64,000 nt of DNA, from NCBI RefSeq assembly GCF_009914755.1, contig NC_060934.1; one strand, written 5' to 3'. Of this stretch, positions 1-12,910 are shown piece after piece. The stretch is from the human T2T-CHM13v2.0 reference genome, Homo sapiens. The notes beneath the pieces are model-generated. The model ran no database searches and was not told the DNA's origin. It saw only the letters and a list, made by a program, of their open reading frames with translations. The translations under genes and the position numbers were made by a program. The stretch's first letter is position 1. Each line of letters begins with the position of its first letter.

Positions 1-384
1 CGGTTTAGAGAAGTCTGCTGAAGACCAAGGGGGTAATGATTTGTGATAAGAAGACAGAGAAATAACAAAGAATAATCATGCAGTAATAATAAAAATAAAA
101 TAAGCCTCTCTTAATTATAATGTAGTAATATCATATGATGAGGATGAGAAAGAAGAAAATGGCTCAGAAAAAGCAAGTTAAGCCAAGAATGAACTTTAGG
201 CCTGGAAAGGGTGACTCCAACTTTGGCAAAAGGAATTGTGCCTTTGTAAGATGGAGTTCATGATGAGAAAGCATAGGCAGAAAACTTAACAAGAGAAAAC
301 AAGATGCAGCAAAATCTTCCTTTGATGGATCCACAACTGGCTCTTAAAGAAAATTCTGGGTTCAGAGGCGTGTTGTTTATTCCG

Positions 385-555
385 TGATCATTTATTCAGA
401 CCCTGTCCCTACCGTGTGTTAGACACTGGGCTAGGCCCTGCGGAAACAACTGTTCAGAAGACAGACACTGTCCTGCCCTTTAAGGAATGAACTCTTCGGT
501 GAGGAATCCATTAACACAGGTGGTAATTACAATGTCATGTGATAAGGGTTATCAC
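385..555 (-). mobile_element. L2 LINE 3' fragment
   Basis: CATTTATTCAG...GACACTGGGCTAGG...AAGACAGACACTGTCCTGCCCT resembles the antisense L2 3' end; boundaries approximate. Confidence 0.6.
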
Positions 556-1149
556 TAGGAACCCAGGACCCCCCAGTCGAGGGAGCAGGGATAAGGGTGG
601 CCATCCCCGTGTCTCTGCTAGAGAAGGAACCTGGCTTACTGAGCCCTGGGCAGTGTCTCTCACACTAGGACACATCATGGTCCCTGGAGAGCAGCTACCA
701 GGAGCGCAGATCATTTTGAAAGCATTTTAATGACAGGGTCCATTCATAATGCAGCTACTGCAGCCCCAGAAACTCAGACAACGGGCAATACGATGGAGTC
801 TACACTATTATAAATATTTGATCTCCTAAAACAATATTACCGTAAATATTATTCACTGCCCTGGAAAGCTTCAAGCTCATAGTTTAAATTTCCCCCATTA
901 GGAGCCTAATGAAGAGGATTTCAAAGTGCACTATCTGGGGACAGGGCTTCCTGGCAGGCTCCAGGCTAGGCCCTGGGGAGGGAGGGTAAATGCAGGCCAG
1001 GTGGTGCTGGCTCTGGGTGAGGAAGACAGGCAGGCCCAGAGGGAGGAGTACCGCAGATGTCAGTGGAGAAGCCTGCACTGGGGCCCCTGGGGATCTGGGG
1101 GAACCTAGCAGGGAGGCTGCACTTTATCCAGGGTCCCAGAGAGGAGTAT

Positions 1150-1330
1150 GGGACTGCGGCTGACTCTGCTTCAGATTCACTGGGTGGCCTCAGGCTCAGT
1201 ACAAAGTCACCTCATCTGCCAAATACAGACAATACCCGGCCCTACCTTCTGTGGTGAACATGCGGGAGAATGTAGGGACCTAGCACAGGGCTCTGCACGT
1301 ATTAAGTGCCTAGGAAATACCAGCTGTTAG
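1150..1330 (+). mobile_element. MIR SINE fragment
   Basis: CCTCATCTGCCAAA core and TAGCACAGGGCTCTGCACGTATTAAGTGC tail resemble MIR. Confidence 0.5.
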
Positions 1331-1399
1331 CACTGCAGCGAGCGCGGCTCCTGCATTCTGCTGCTGCTGCTACTGCTGCTAATTGACAGCCCACATCCT

Positions 1400-1852
1400 T
1401 CAGGTTACAACCCATCCCCCTCAGCACGGCCCACAAGCCCCTCCTCCATCTTAACCACCTCTCTGCTGAGACAGGCCCCAGGCCCTGGCAGACACTTGGT
1501 GTTGCCCCTCATGGCACTCGCCCTCCTTGCGCTTCCCCTGCTGCTTGTTCTCTGTGGCTGGAACGCTCACGTCCCCCTCTGCCTGGCCAGCTCCTTCGGG
1601 TCCATGATGCTTTAACTGCCGGTGCCCCGTCCGTGGAGCCTCCCTGACCCTCGGGCACCCGGGAGACCTCTCCTGTGGGCTCCCCGAGGGCCCTGATTCT
1701 CTGTGATAGGTGCTTGCTGGCCAATTCCCTCTCCATGCAGCCATGAGCCTCTGGCAAGCAAGGATGGAGCCTCACTCATCTTTCTACCTCGAGGGCCCAG
1801 CAGAGTGCTTGGTGCATGGGGCTCAGTAGTTGCTTGTTGAATGAATGAATGT
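1400..1852 (+). mobile_element. L2 LINE 3' fragment
   Basis: Pyrimidine-rich body (GAGCCTCCCTGACCC) ending in the L2 tail TTGTTGAATGAATGAATG. Confidence 0.55.
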
Positions 1853-2264
1853 ATTACACAGAGATTTACAATCTCCAAAGGATTTTCATACCTGGTGTGC
1901 TTTTGCTCTATGGGATGTCCTGGGAGCATTGTGGTGCTTCTCAGAGGCTCAGGGAGGCTAAGCGAATTGTCCAGAGGTACTCAGCAAGTTAGGAGCATGA
2001 TAGTAAACCAGGTGCATCTATACCCTGAGCCCAAGGGATGCTGAGTGATTACAGGGTATTCTGGGGCCTGGGTTGTGTGAAAGGACTCAGGGCATCTTTT
2101 TCTGACTGTGACTGATTTAAGAGGTGGGGACTCTGACAGAACTATTACTCCTGGCTCTCCTGCAGTTCCAGGTTATTGGGGGTGAGGTGGGAGTGGAGGG
2201 GTTCTTCCTGGAGCTAGAAACCATCAAATCTCTCAGAGTCATCAGATCCTATGACAGGGCTCTT

Positions 2265-2370
2265 GGAGGAGGAAACTGAGGCACAGAGAAGTTGGTTCAC
2301 CTGCTCAAGATCACACAGCTAGTCAGTGGTAGAACTTGGCAAGGAGCTCAGGCTCTTATCCACTGTTCAT
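2265..2370 (-). mobile_element. MIR SINE fragment
   Basis: GAGGAAACTGAGGCACAGAGAAG...TCAAGATCACACAGCTAGT is the antisense MIR core. Confidence 0.75.
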
Positions 2371-3149
2371 TTCCATGGGTCTTTGACACAGAGATCACGC
2401 CAGGGTCTAAAACAAATCTAGCCCCCAGGATAGCTGGCGCTGATGATTTAAAGGGCCTGGCAGTGCTTAATCTTTCTGCCCAGCTCCCTCATTTTAGAAA
2501 ATGTTGAGATTTAAGAGCTCATAAAACTGAGCTATAACAGTGCCCTGCCAAGAACTCTGCACAGGGCTTTCTATCCTGGGCCGCCCAGCCCAGTGGTCTC
2601 AGTCTTGTCCCCAGTCACCCTGGGAGAGTTCTGCCGTCGATTACAGCTGCTGAGCTCCTTGGGCCCTTAGGAGGCCCTTCAGGTCATCTATGTCCTTGCC
2701 AGGGCTAGAATGACGTGCGGCGTGGCAATGTATGCAGTGACTGGCTAAGTTCATAAATTGTTCAGGACTCCGGCAGCAGTGGCAGCAAGACTGGGCATCA
2801 GGGTTCTGCCTGTCACCAAAGCAAGTGAGCATTGACAAGCATTTGCACAGGGACCACCTTTCTGTGGCCACAGCAAGGCCGAGGTGACAGATGCCCATGG
2901 AGGCAGCTCTGTGGGCACTTGCGGCCCTACTAATCCATTTTGATGGTGGTTTTCTTCTGGTTGAAACTCCCTTCGAAAGTCTAGGGCTCATGTCACCAAT
3001 ATATACATTCTCCAGCCATGCCTCCAGCACCTAGCATGGTCCTGTCCAACAGCAGTATCCAATCAATGTGTACTGGGTGGAAGCATGGATGGATAGAAGG
3101 AAGAGAGGGAGAGACAAAGGGAAGGATGGTAAATTCATTATGAAAACAA

Positions 3150-3655
3150 CCCCATTTCTTCATGTCTCTCTGTATCCACACCGCTTGCAATGTGACTTTT
3201 CAGCTCCTCACATGAAGAATTGGAGGGCTTTCCCCCCTATCCCTTAAGTCTAAGTTGCATTTGTGACTTGCTGTGGCCAATGGAATGCAGTGGAAGTGAC
3301 AATGTACCAGCTCCAAGCCAAGGCCTCAGGACCTCTTGCATACTTCTGCTTTTTCTCTTGGACCTGGCCAAGCCACCAAGTGACTAAGCATGAGCTGGCC
3401 AAGTGCATGATGACAGACACATGGCCCAGCCACCCCTCCACCCCCGCCTGTGGCCAGCCATCCCCCAGGCACATGTGTGAAGGGCCTCAGGCTGCCCCAG
3501 CAGCTGAGCTGCAGATGCAAGAGCCCAGTTGAGGTCAAACAAGCCTGGTTTAGATCTTCCCTGTGGAATGATAGTCTCATGAGTGATAATAAATGCTTGT
3601 TGCTTTCAGACTACTGAGCTATGGGGTGGTTAGTTATGTAGTGACAGTTAACTTA
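3150..3655 (+). mobile_element. MLT1 (ERVL-MaLR) solo LTR, old subfamily
   Basis: GTGACTTGCTGTGGCCAATGGAATGCAGTGGAAGTGAC and the 3' end AATAAATGCTTGTTGCTTTCAG...GGTTAGTTATGTAG are typical of MLT1. Confidence 0.75.
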
Positions 3656-4378
3656 TTCAGTATAGAAACCTTGGGAAACTATGCTCTCCATGTTCCGCAG
3701 AGCCCCAGTGTCTCCTTTTCAGAGGCCTCTTCCTTGTCCCCTCTTATCCTATGCCATTCTCTCCTGCCACTCTAGCCAGAGCCTTCCATTCATGTTTGGA
3801 CTTTCTTTTTCTAAGTCCATATCTAAGATGTTGTGCAAGCTCTTTCAATTCAATTCAGCCAACATTTATGGAACACCTGCTACACAAAAGACGTCATTCC
3901 AGGTGCTATGGAGATGGAGAAAAATAACACATGACTCTTGCTTTCAGTACATTTAATGGCCGTAATAGCAGCAGTATTAAAGATAACTGATATTTGCACA
4001 GTACTTGACACTAAAAGCACTTTCACATGTTATCATATATTTGAATTTATGATTTAGGAGTTGACACAGCAGGTCAGAAGCAGATTCAGCTATTACTGAG
4101 TATCTACTGTGTATACAGCACCATGACAGATGCTGGTGAAAATAAATGTCACAGGGGCACTGTAAAGATTCGAGCTTCACTCAGTGCTGGAGTGGTTACG
4201 TCCACTCCCTTTTAAGCTGTATCCCTCCTTGTAGAGGAAAATTGAGATGCCAAACCAAACACTACAAGGAACACAGGTAAATTTCCACCTTGAGGTTCAG
4301 AAATGAATTTTGCAAGTGCAGTTAGGGGGCCCATGGCTTAGCATCCGTCCTTGTGGAAAAGATCCGAGAGAGGTTTTA

Positions 4379-4805
<427 letters not shown>

Positions 4806-4829
4806 TAAGAAGCCTGTTAATTAACCAGA

Positions 4830-5270
4830 GCGTGGTCAGAGGGAAGACTGGGATGAAGAAGTGTTAGGAAACTGGGTCTGGACGTTTGAGGGAATTTGGG
4901 ATATTTAGCCTAGAGAAGAGAGGGCCCAAGAGAGATGGGAGAGCAACTTTAACTGTTTGAAAAGCCTATTGTGTTTAAGAAGGCTAGACCTTCAGATTGC
5001 TGCCAGTGGAGAAAAAAAAAAAAAGGCTAGACTTCCCCACTGTTGGCCATGAGAAAAGAATGAACAGGGTGAGAGGTGGAGGAACTATAGAGAAATACAT
5101 TTCAGTTCAACTTAAGCAATAACTTTCTAATCTCTGGAACCATCCATCAGCGGAACAGGCTCTTCCTCTGTGGAGAAGATCTTCAGTATCCATTGACTAA
5201 AGGTTGTTGGGCTTGGTAAGAGTTTGAGTTTGATGACTTCTAAGGTATCTTCCACCTCTGAGTCCCTGTG
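4830..5270 (+). mobile_element. L3/CR1 LINE 3' fragment
   Basis: ATTTAGCCTAGAGAAGAGA...AATAACTTTCTAA...GATGACTTCTAAGGTATCTTCCACCTCTGAG match the CR1/L3 3' end. Confidence 0.7.
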
Positions 5271-5781
5271 AAGAGCTCTGCAAAAGTGGCTTCTGAGACC
5301 CCAGGGTGCAGCCACATCCTTGTGTAAAGACAGCTAAAAAGAAGGTTAATTAGAAGAACGCTTCCATCAGCACACTAGACTCTGGTGGCTGCTGAGAACA
5401 TTTGAGAAATTGGTCTATGCCAGGAGAATGTACATTAGCCTTCCTATAGGAACCCATATAAAGATTTTATCTATATCAAAGTTCATATGTATATGTTATG
5501 AAAATGTGGCCTATAATTATATAACTACATGGTATCTATATAAATGTGATGTTTAATTCTGCTCTGAAGAGGTGGGAGTGAAAGCCTGGCTGGGCCCCTC
5601 TTTTCGTTATGATGAGGGGATCCTCTCTCCCAATTAAAGGGTTCAAGAATATGAAGCCACAGTGTTAAGCAGAGGGAGCAGGAGAGGAAGGCAGACAACA
5701 GAGGGAACTGACAAGGAACACCAGGCCAAAGGGGTGGTCAGATGAACAGTGCTGCAGCAGGCAGACACGTCAGCTGGGTGA

Positions 5782-6137
<356 letters not shown>

Positions 6138-6164
6138 AAGATGATTTTGTTGATGATAATAGTG

Positions 6165-6400
6165 CTAATGGTTGATGTTTACCAAGAACTTACTGTATGC
6201 CAGGAGCTATGCTTTACATGTCGTCTCATTTAAACCTCACAACAGGCCAGTGCCATAGGTGCTCTTGTTACCTCTATTTTAGAGAAGAGCAATTAAAGCA
6301 CAGAGAGCTTAAGTAATTTAGCCAAGGTCACACAGCCAGGAAGTGGCAGAGCTTGCATTTGAACCCAGATTGTCTGACTAAAGCTTGCACTTTTAGCCTC
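6165..6400 (-). mobile_element. MIR SINE, near full length
   Basis: TTACTGTATGCCAGG...AAGGTCACACAGCCAGGAAGTGGCAGAGC...TTTGAACCCAG. Confidence 0.85.
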
Positions 6401-8334
6401 TTCCCAGTCACATCTTGTCTGTCTCTGTAGTGCTAGTGGAAGGTTGTCCATCTGTCTTTCAGGCATCTGCAGTCCCTAGGGTGTGATAGGACAGCGTCAA
6501 AAAACAGTTCAAGAGTGCCAAGCAATCCCACCACCTCAATATATTGATTTCTCCTCTGGAAAGAGACAGGAGAGAAAGACGAGTTCTGCCGGGTGGCATA
6601 AATTAGCTCTGTGCCCTTGGGGCTTTGTCTCACCGTGCTGCTGCCTTGCCATTCAGGTGGCAGGCCTGCCTGCAGCAGAGCTGTTGCTAGAGGGATTCGC
6701 GGCCGGCACATAGCAAGTGCCGGGACAGCAGCTTCCACATTGAGCCTGGACAAATGGCAGAACACAGCAGAGGGCAACGCAATTTACAAGGAATCTTAGC
6801 AACCAGGCAAGGGGCAATAAACCAGAAAATCGCTGGGGAAACTCAGCGGAGCATGAGCTAAACGAATTGCAGGATTTGTGAACCAATTTACACCCATCAG
6901 AGGAGGGGTGAGAGGAGTACCGGGTGGCTCCGAAAGCCGTGGCTGGAGAACTGCCAGGCTGTCACCCGTGTCAGACTTGTTGAAGGGCAGTGAGGACAGA
7001 GAGTCCTTGCCGAGGGACCGCTGGACAGTGGTCTCTGGGGACATTATGAGAGGACCTTCAGCTGCCCTCTCTGCAAGGGACCTGGGGTGCCTCATCCCGC
7101 TGTGGAGAGATGGATGTCAGGGAAGGGGGGAAGGTATGGATGGAGGGCCTCTCTTCCTTGCTTCCAGGGAACTGGTAAAAGACAGATGAAATGTTCTTGA
7201 CCAGAAATGAAGCCCACCTTTGGTTTCCATTCCAAGGAGTAAATCTCCCGGGAAGTGAACACCGTTTCTCACATGAGGCACCCCGATGGGAGGTGGGAAG
7301 AGTCTGGTGAGGATGTGGAAAACAAGCAAAGGAGTGAGCAGCACCTTCTCCTCCGGGTGACAGTGGCACATGTCTGTGCAGAAGCACACTCCCATCCTGG
7401 GAGAGCTTTGGGAGGGACAGATTCAGCTGTCCGTGGACCTGTGCAGTGGGGAGGGCACAGAAGGGGCCAGGTTTTCCCATATAAACATCCACACCTAGTT
7501 AAACCAGAGCTCCATGACAGCATGTGAGGCAGACGTGTCCCTTTCAACCACACAGGATCTAGGACAGTGTCTGGCCCCATGGTGGCCTGGCATGTTACAG
7601 GCTCAGGCGAATGATCAAGCACTCTAATAGTAATAAATGTGCAAGGTCCAGAATTGGTATTAAGGGCTAGAATCTCAGGTTAAATTAAAGACAACAGTGT
7701 ATAGGTATTTTAATAAGGAGACTAATGCATTGCCCTGACAGCATGACTCTTGCTGATACTCCTGGGAATGGGAGTGAGACACTGCATTGCAAAGAAGTGG
7801 GCCTCAGTCTCCCCATCTGTAAAGCAAGGTGGGAGGTTGAAACCAAAGTTCTCTAGGGCCATCTCCAGCTCTGTCTTGCTGTGGTTTTGCAATTCTCAGC
7901 AGCACCAGGGGTCTTGGACTTTTCCCTGGAGGATCAGTATGATCCAGTCTTCCCACAAGCCGCATGGTGCTCCCCCCAAAAGCTTCTGGAAAGCTTCTCT
8001 GCTCACCCCACTGCTCCCTTTCCTCTGAGTTCTAAGTTCTACTGGCCACAGAATGGCTCCCCAAGGCTTTGCTGCTGCTCAGCAGGACGCAGCACAGGGG
8101 ATCTGTCCTTTTCAGGTTCCTGCCACAGTTCCTGTCTAGGAATCCACCTGCAGTGCAGGGTCTGGACTGGGAGGAGGGAGCAATGGCAAAAATGGCAGCC
8201 ACCACCGACCCAGGGCCTAGCTTTCTGGCCCTGAGCACAGATTGGGAGAGAGCTCAGCTGTGATTGAAATGGCTTTGTCTGCCAACCTAGTGTACAGGGC
8301 ACAGAGTGAGTCACACAGTTTAGGTCAACACAGG

Positions 8335-8540
8335 GCAGTGGCATGGTGTGGGCTCTGGAGCTGGACACAGGTGGGTTTGAGCTCTCTCTCCACATGGCTG
8401 TGAGGCTCAGGAAAGTCCTCTGAGTGCATCAGTCTTTTTGTGTGTACTAGAAGGCTGAGGAGTACCCGAAATAACACATGTGGCTCCTGAGTGTGGGGCC
8501 TGGCACATTGTTAGTGTATGCTCGGTAAGTGTTAGATATT
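8335..8540 (+). mobile_element. MIR SINE fragment
   Basis: GGGCTCTGGAGCTGGAC...GGGTTTGA head and GGCCTGGCACAT...GCTCGGTAAGTGTTAG tail. Confidence 0.55.
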
Positions 8541-8815
8541 TTTAGTGCCCATAACCCAAATCCCAGTGACTAAGATGCACATGTTCTTTCCTACTTGTCG
8601 TTAGGACATCCTAGAGATTCTAATCCTATGGGACAAGCTGGAGGCCCAGGACTCTCACCTGAGCTGAGGTCCTTGGCACAGGCTGGGACTGCACATAGGA
8701 GTGGAGTCTAATTTCCAGATGACTTAGGAGCTAGCTGAATGGTCCAAAGAATCAAGGCCAAATGGATAAGAACAAGAAAAAGAATCAGATCTTCCAGGAA
8801 GGATCTGTTACAGAG

Positions 8816-9505
8816 TGTATCAGTCAGCTTTTGCTGCATAACAAATAGCTGCAATATCTCAGTAGCACACTACACCAAGCATGTATTTTACTCATGAATC
8901 TGTGAGTTGTCTGGGGTAGCTCTGCTTCATATGGTCCCCAGGCTGAAGGAGCAGCAGCTACCCAGGAAAAGCTGTGCTCACGGCTGTGGCAGAAGCATGA
9001 AGGAGCAGGCAGAAGCTTTCCAGGCCACTTAAGGTTTAGGCTTGGAGCTGGCACACTCATTTCTGTTTCATTCTATTAACCAAAGCAAGTTACTGAGCCA
9101 AGCTAAAAATCAAAGAGCAGGAAAGTGGCTGGGCGTGGTGGTTCGTGCCTGTAATCCCAACATTTTGGGAGGCCAAGGCGAGTGGATCACTTGAGGTCAG
9201 GAGTTCGAGACCAGGCTGGCCAACATGGCAAAACCCCATCTCTACTAAAAATACAAAAAATTAGCCAGGCGTGGTGGTGCACGCCTGTAGTCCCAGCTGC
9301 TTGGCAGGCCGAGGCACAAGAATCACTTGAACCCCAGGAGGTGGAGGTTGCAGTGAGCCGAGATTGTGCCATTGTACTCCAGCCTGGGCAACAGAGCGGG
9401 ATTCCGTGCCCCCTGCCCCGCAAATAAAAGGAAAGTATACTCTGCCCATGTGGAGGCTAAAGCAAGGATGTTGTTACAGGGAGGGGTGAAGAATTGCAGT
9501 CTCCA
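8816..9505 (-). mobile_element. MLT1 (MaLR) LTR interrupted by an Alu
   Basis: Starts TGTATCAGTCAGCTTTTGCTGCATAACAAA; ATTCTATTAACCAAAGCAAGT; resumes after the Alu with TATACTCTGCCC. Confidence 0.75.
9127..9428 (+). mobile_element. Alu SINE (AluS-like)
   Basis: GGCTGGGCGTGGTGG... full dimer; TSD AGGAAAGT at 9119-9126 and 9429-9436. Confidence 0.97.
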
Positions 9506-10059
9506 ATTTGACCTTTCACTTAAAGAGTGAACCCTAGTGGATAGGAGTAGATGTAGGAGGCAGAGAGATCCCCGAAGAAACAGAGACCAAAGAAGGTCTG
9601 CAGTGGGGCTTAAGGAAATGTTAAGTGAGCAGAACTGCTTCAGGTAGAAACAACAGTGTCCACTTCCATGGGTCCCAGGGCACTACCACGAAGCCCCACT
9701 GGCCAGGACCTCTCCATTTCACTTTATCAGTTGCCAAGTGGGCTGGCATAAAAGTGGAATGGCTCGCATCCTTGTAGGGAAATCGCCCAGCATTATATCA
9801 GAAAGAGGCTGTATTTGATCAGAGACTTACCAGGACTTCAGGTATACCGGAAAATGACTAAGTGATATCACTGTGTAACAATTCATTCCTTAAAATTTCC
9901 ATGCCTCTCAGGCAGGCCAAATGTACCCAAATGCATCTTAAAATGGCTCTTAAAGTGCACTTGCCTGAAAATGCCAGGAGGGAACCTGGTATTGGTGAAG
10001 GGGATTATTAATTACTAAGGTAGGCATGGCTTTAAAGAGATGGCCTAGGGGTCATGATC

Positions 10060-10500
10060 ATTGTTTTTTTATTTGTGATTTGTATTCCTCTTAACTTCCA
10101 AACAAATTTGAGATGACTGACAATTAAAAATATGGGCCCCAGGACAGCAAGATTAAAGATAAAATATCGAAAGTCATAGGGATGAAGGGAAGAAATGATT
10201 AAACCAGAAACCTTGCAGAAGATAGTTACTGCAATTGCACATTAAATTGAGCTAAAGCGAAAGGGAAAATATGATGAGTTATTGGATAAAGGGAAGTATA
10301 GCTATTTGTCAGGAGAGCCAAACTTTTCCCTGACACTCAATGTGAGCACAAATTTATCATGAGAATCTCAATAGAGGGGGACAGTGAGGCCCGTAACAGA
10401 CGTTCTCCTCCAAGACTCCTGCAGAAGCATTCTTCAGACGGTCATTTATTATATCGACCCTGGATAAAAGCTGAGGTCTTCGGGATGAACCCTTCTAGAT
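10060..10500 (-). mobile_element. Probable L4 (RTE-X) LINE relic
   Basis: AAAGGGAAAATATGATGAGTTA...CAGGAGAGCCAAACTTTTCCCTG...GAGGGGGACAGTG resemble remembered antisense L4. Confidence 0.45.
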
Positions 10501-10804
10501 TTAATATAGCCCCAGCTAATGGCTTATAGATTGTTGAAGAGACAGGCCCAGTTAGAGCGTTAGAAGGTCAGCCCTGGAGCAAAGGGCAAACACTGGGAGT
10601 GACGTGTGGCTTTCCTCCTGGAGCCAGGCTGAGAAAGGACTCCCGGATGGGCACCGTATGGCCCACATCCTCCTGGAAGCAGGATCGCTAAGCAAGGCAG
10701 AGTCCTGAGTGGGTGAAGGGCAAGAAAGCCCTTAGTATAGGAAGAAACGTGAACAATCAGGCCACAAAATGGACTACAACCATCACATTTCATTTATGTG
10801 AACA

Positions 10805-10970
10805 AAACATATATGCAAAGAGAAAACACTAAAAGGAAAATCACCAGCATGTTAATAGTGGTAAACTCTGGGTTGTGGGAACTTGGAGGATTGTTTCTCC
10901 TTATAATTTTCTTTACTTTTTAATCTTCTAAGATTGATTGAGCTGGTATAATTTTATAAACAGAAAAAAA
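10805..10970 (+). mobile_element. Old L1 (L1ME-like) 3' UTR fragment
   Basis: ATGTTAATAGTGGTAAACTCTGGG...TTTTATAAACAGAAAAAAA. Confidence 0.55.
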
Positions 10971-11264
10971 AGAGAAAGAAAATTTCTTTCCTAAATCCTG
11001 TTTCTGAGGTCTTTAAATTGTGGAGAGGAATCACTAGCAATGGTCCGTGTCTTCCTGAACAGACATCCTTCCAAGCAGGTGGGAATAAGACGTTCAGAGC
11101 CATGGAAATCTTCATTCCTGTTTCTGCTTCTCTGACAAGCTACTAAACCTAACCCTTCCCTTCTGCATCGTGTGGTTTCACAGACGGTAAAGAAGACGTG
11201 GAGGAGCTTGGCAGCTGTGACCCCTGATCATAAGAACATTTTGCTTTATTGGCACAGCTTCTCT

Positions 11265-11760
11265 GGCAGGAAAACTGGCAATATGTGGCAAAACCTTAAA
11301 AACGTGCCTGCCCTCACTACGTTGATTTTACATATGGAAACTTATTCTAAGGAAATAATCATGGCCACATGGGAAGATTGAGCTGTAAAGATATTCTTTA
11401 CTGCATTATCTGTACAGCAAAATGTGGGGAAACTCACTCCCCATTTAGCAAACCTAAATCTTCACCATTAGGGATGTAGTTAAATAAATGGTGGTCCTAA
11501 GGAACACAGTACAACCTTCACAGAGGACGGTTTGGCAGGATGCCTAGTGGCAAGGGGCTGTTTTATGGGCCTCTGTTAAATAAAAAGTGCAGGTTTCAAA
11601 AGCTCATGTGCAGGACCTTTCTATTCTTGGAAAAAGGAAAAATGTATATATCAGTAGGATTATAGATGATTTTCATTTCTCCTCCCTATTCCTATTTCTG
11701 GTTTACCTGCATTTGCTAAATTTTCTATTATGACTTTTTTTTGGTAATTAACAAAATGAA
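11265..11760 (+). mobile_element. Old L1 (L1ME-like) ORF2 end/3' UTR fragment
   Basis: TTGGCACAGCTTCTCTGG...TATTCTAAGGAAATAATC...GTTAAATAAATGGTGG...GTAGGATTATAGATGATTTT. Confidence 0.65.
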
Positions 11761-12082
11761 AGAAAATGCATTTTTTTTCAAAGTAGTACTATTTCATAGT
11801 TCTGTTTTCTGGAGGAAGATTAGAGGAACACTCGTAATGTTGGGATGATCTTTAAGGACCCCATTGGGAAGAGGCTTGCCCTGTTTCAGGATAGGAAGTT
11901 GGAGCTGAACAGGATGAGGCATCTCTGGGCCATTTGTCTCTTCTGTCCTTTAATTTGTGTCCCTCCCTGGGTTTGAAGCAATTTGCATGAGAGCGCAGCA
12001 CGTCCGCCCTTCCCTCCTCTCTCTCCTGCTCCTCGGGTAGGAGATGATTATGGGGCTTGCTCTGAGACAGTGGCATGTGGGT

Positions 12083-12100
12083 GATGCCCCCTACTGGAGG
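12083..12100 (-). promoter_or_regulatory. CTCF core motif
   Basis: Minus strand CCAGTAGGGGGCA (12085-12097) matches CCASYAGRKGGCR exactly; binding unverified. Confidence 0.45.
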
Positions 12101-12689
12101 TGGAGAATGCCAGGAAGCAAGAACAAGAACAACAATCGCCAACCCTGATGTCAGGCTAGCTTTTGAAAGATGACATGTTCTTCTCAGGGAAGACCCGCTT
12201 TAAGAGACAGGGACCCAAAGCAGTGCCCCTGCATCTTGTGTGTACCCTCCAGGAGATTTGTTTGGCTTTTTGCTATTAAGTTCAGCCCTTTGAAAATTCA
12301 TCCCGGTTCAATTTCTTCCCATGTTGCTCCTCTTTGTAGACAGGCTAAGACAGACGGACATTTTTCTTCTTGGTCTCCCTAGGTTATAAGCCACAAAAGT
12401 GAAAGGATATGTCTTCAAGAGAAAAGAATACATTGGGCATGTCACAAATATTACCAGGCCTTTGTGCCATGAGATTAAGGGATGTCTGGTTGAAATAAAG
12501 ACAGGCAGGAAAAAATGTCATAAGAGTGAAAGAAAGAAATCACAGGCGACAGGAGTCCTGGATTTGAAGAGACCCAAATGAAGCTGGTGACATGTCTCCT
12601 TGTTAGAATGGTTCTTACAGTGTGGCCTGGGGATGTGGATGGGACACATGGTTTCTCCATGTGTTTTACAGAAAGGAAGGGAACAGGTC

Positions 12690-12910
12690 TATATGGAGGT
12701 CTTCTGAATGCGGGCCGCTTTGCACGTGCCATCTCACCAGGCTTCCTACAGCCATGGGAAATAGCTGCTGTCCTCCACACCCCATAGGAGAAGAGACCAA
12801 GGTTTAGAAAGGCTGAGTAACTTGCCTGTAGCCATGCAGCTAGAAAGTGGAGGGATCTGAATGTGAACCCATCACTGTCTGACTCCGGAGACTGAACTCT
12901 TTCTGCAGTA
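12690..12910 (-). mobile_element. MIR SINE
   Basis: AGGCTGAGTAACTTGCCTGTAGCCATGCAGCTAGAAAGTGG...TGAACCC...TGTCTGACTCC. Confidence 0.7.
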
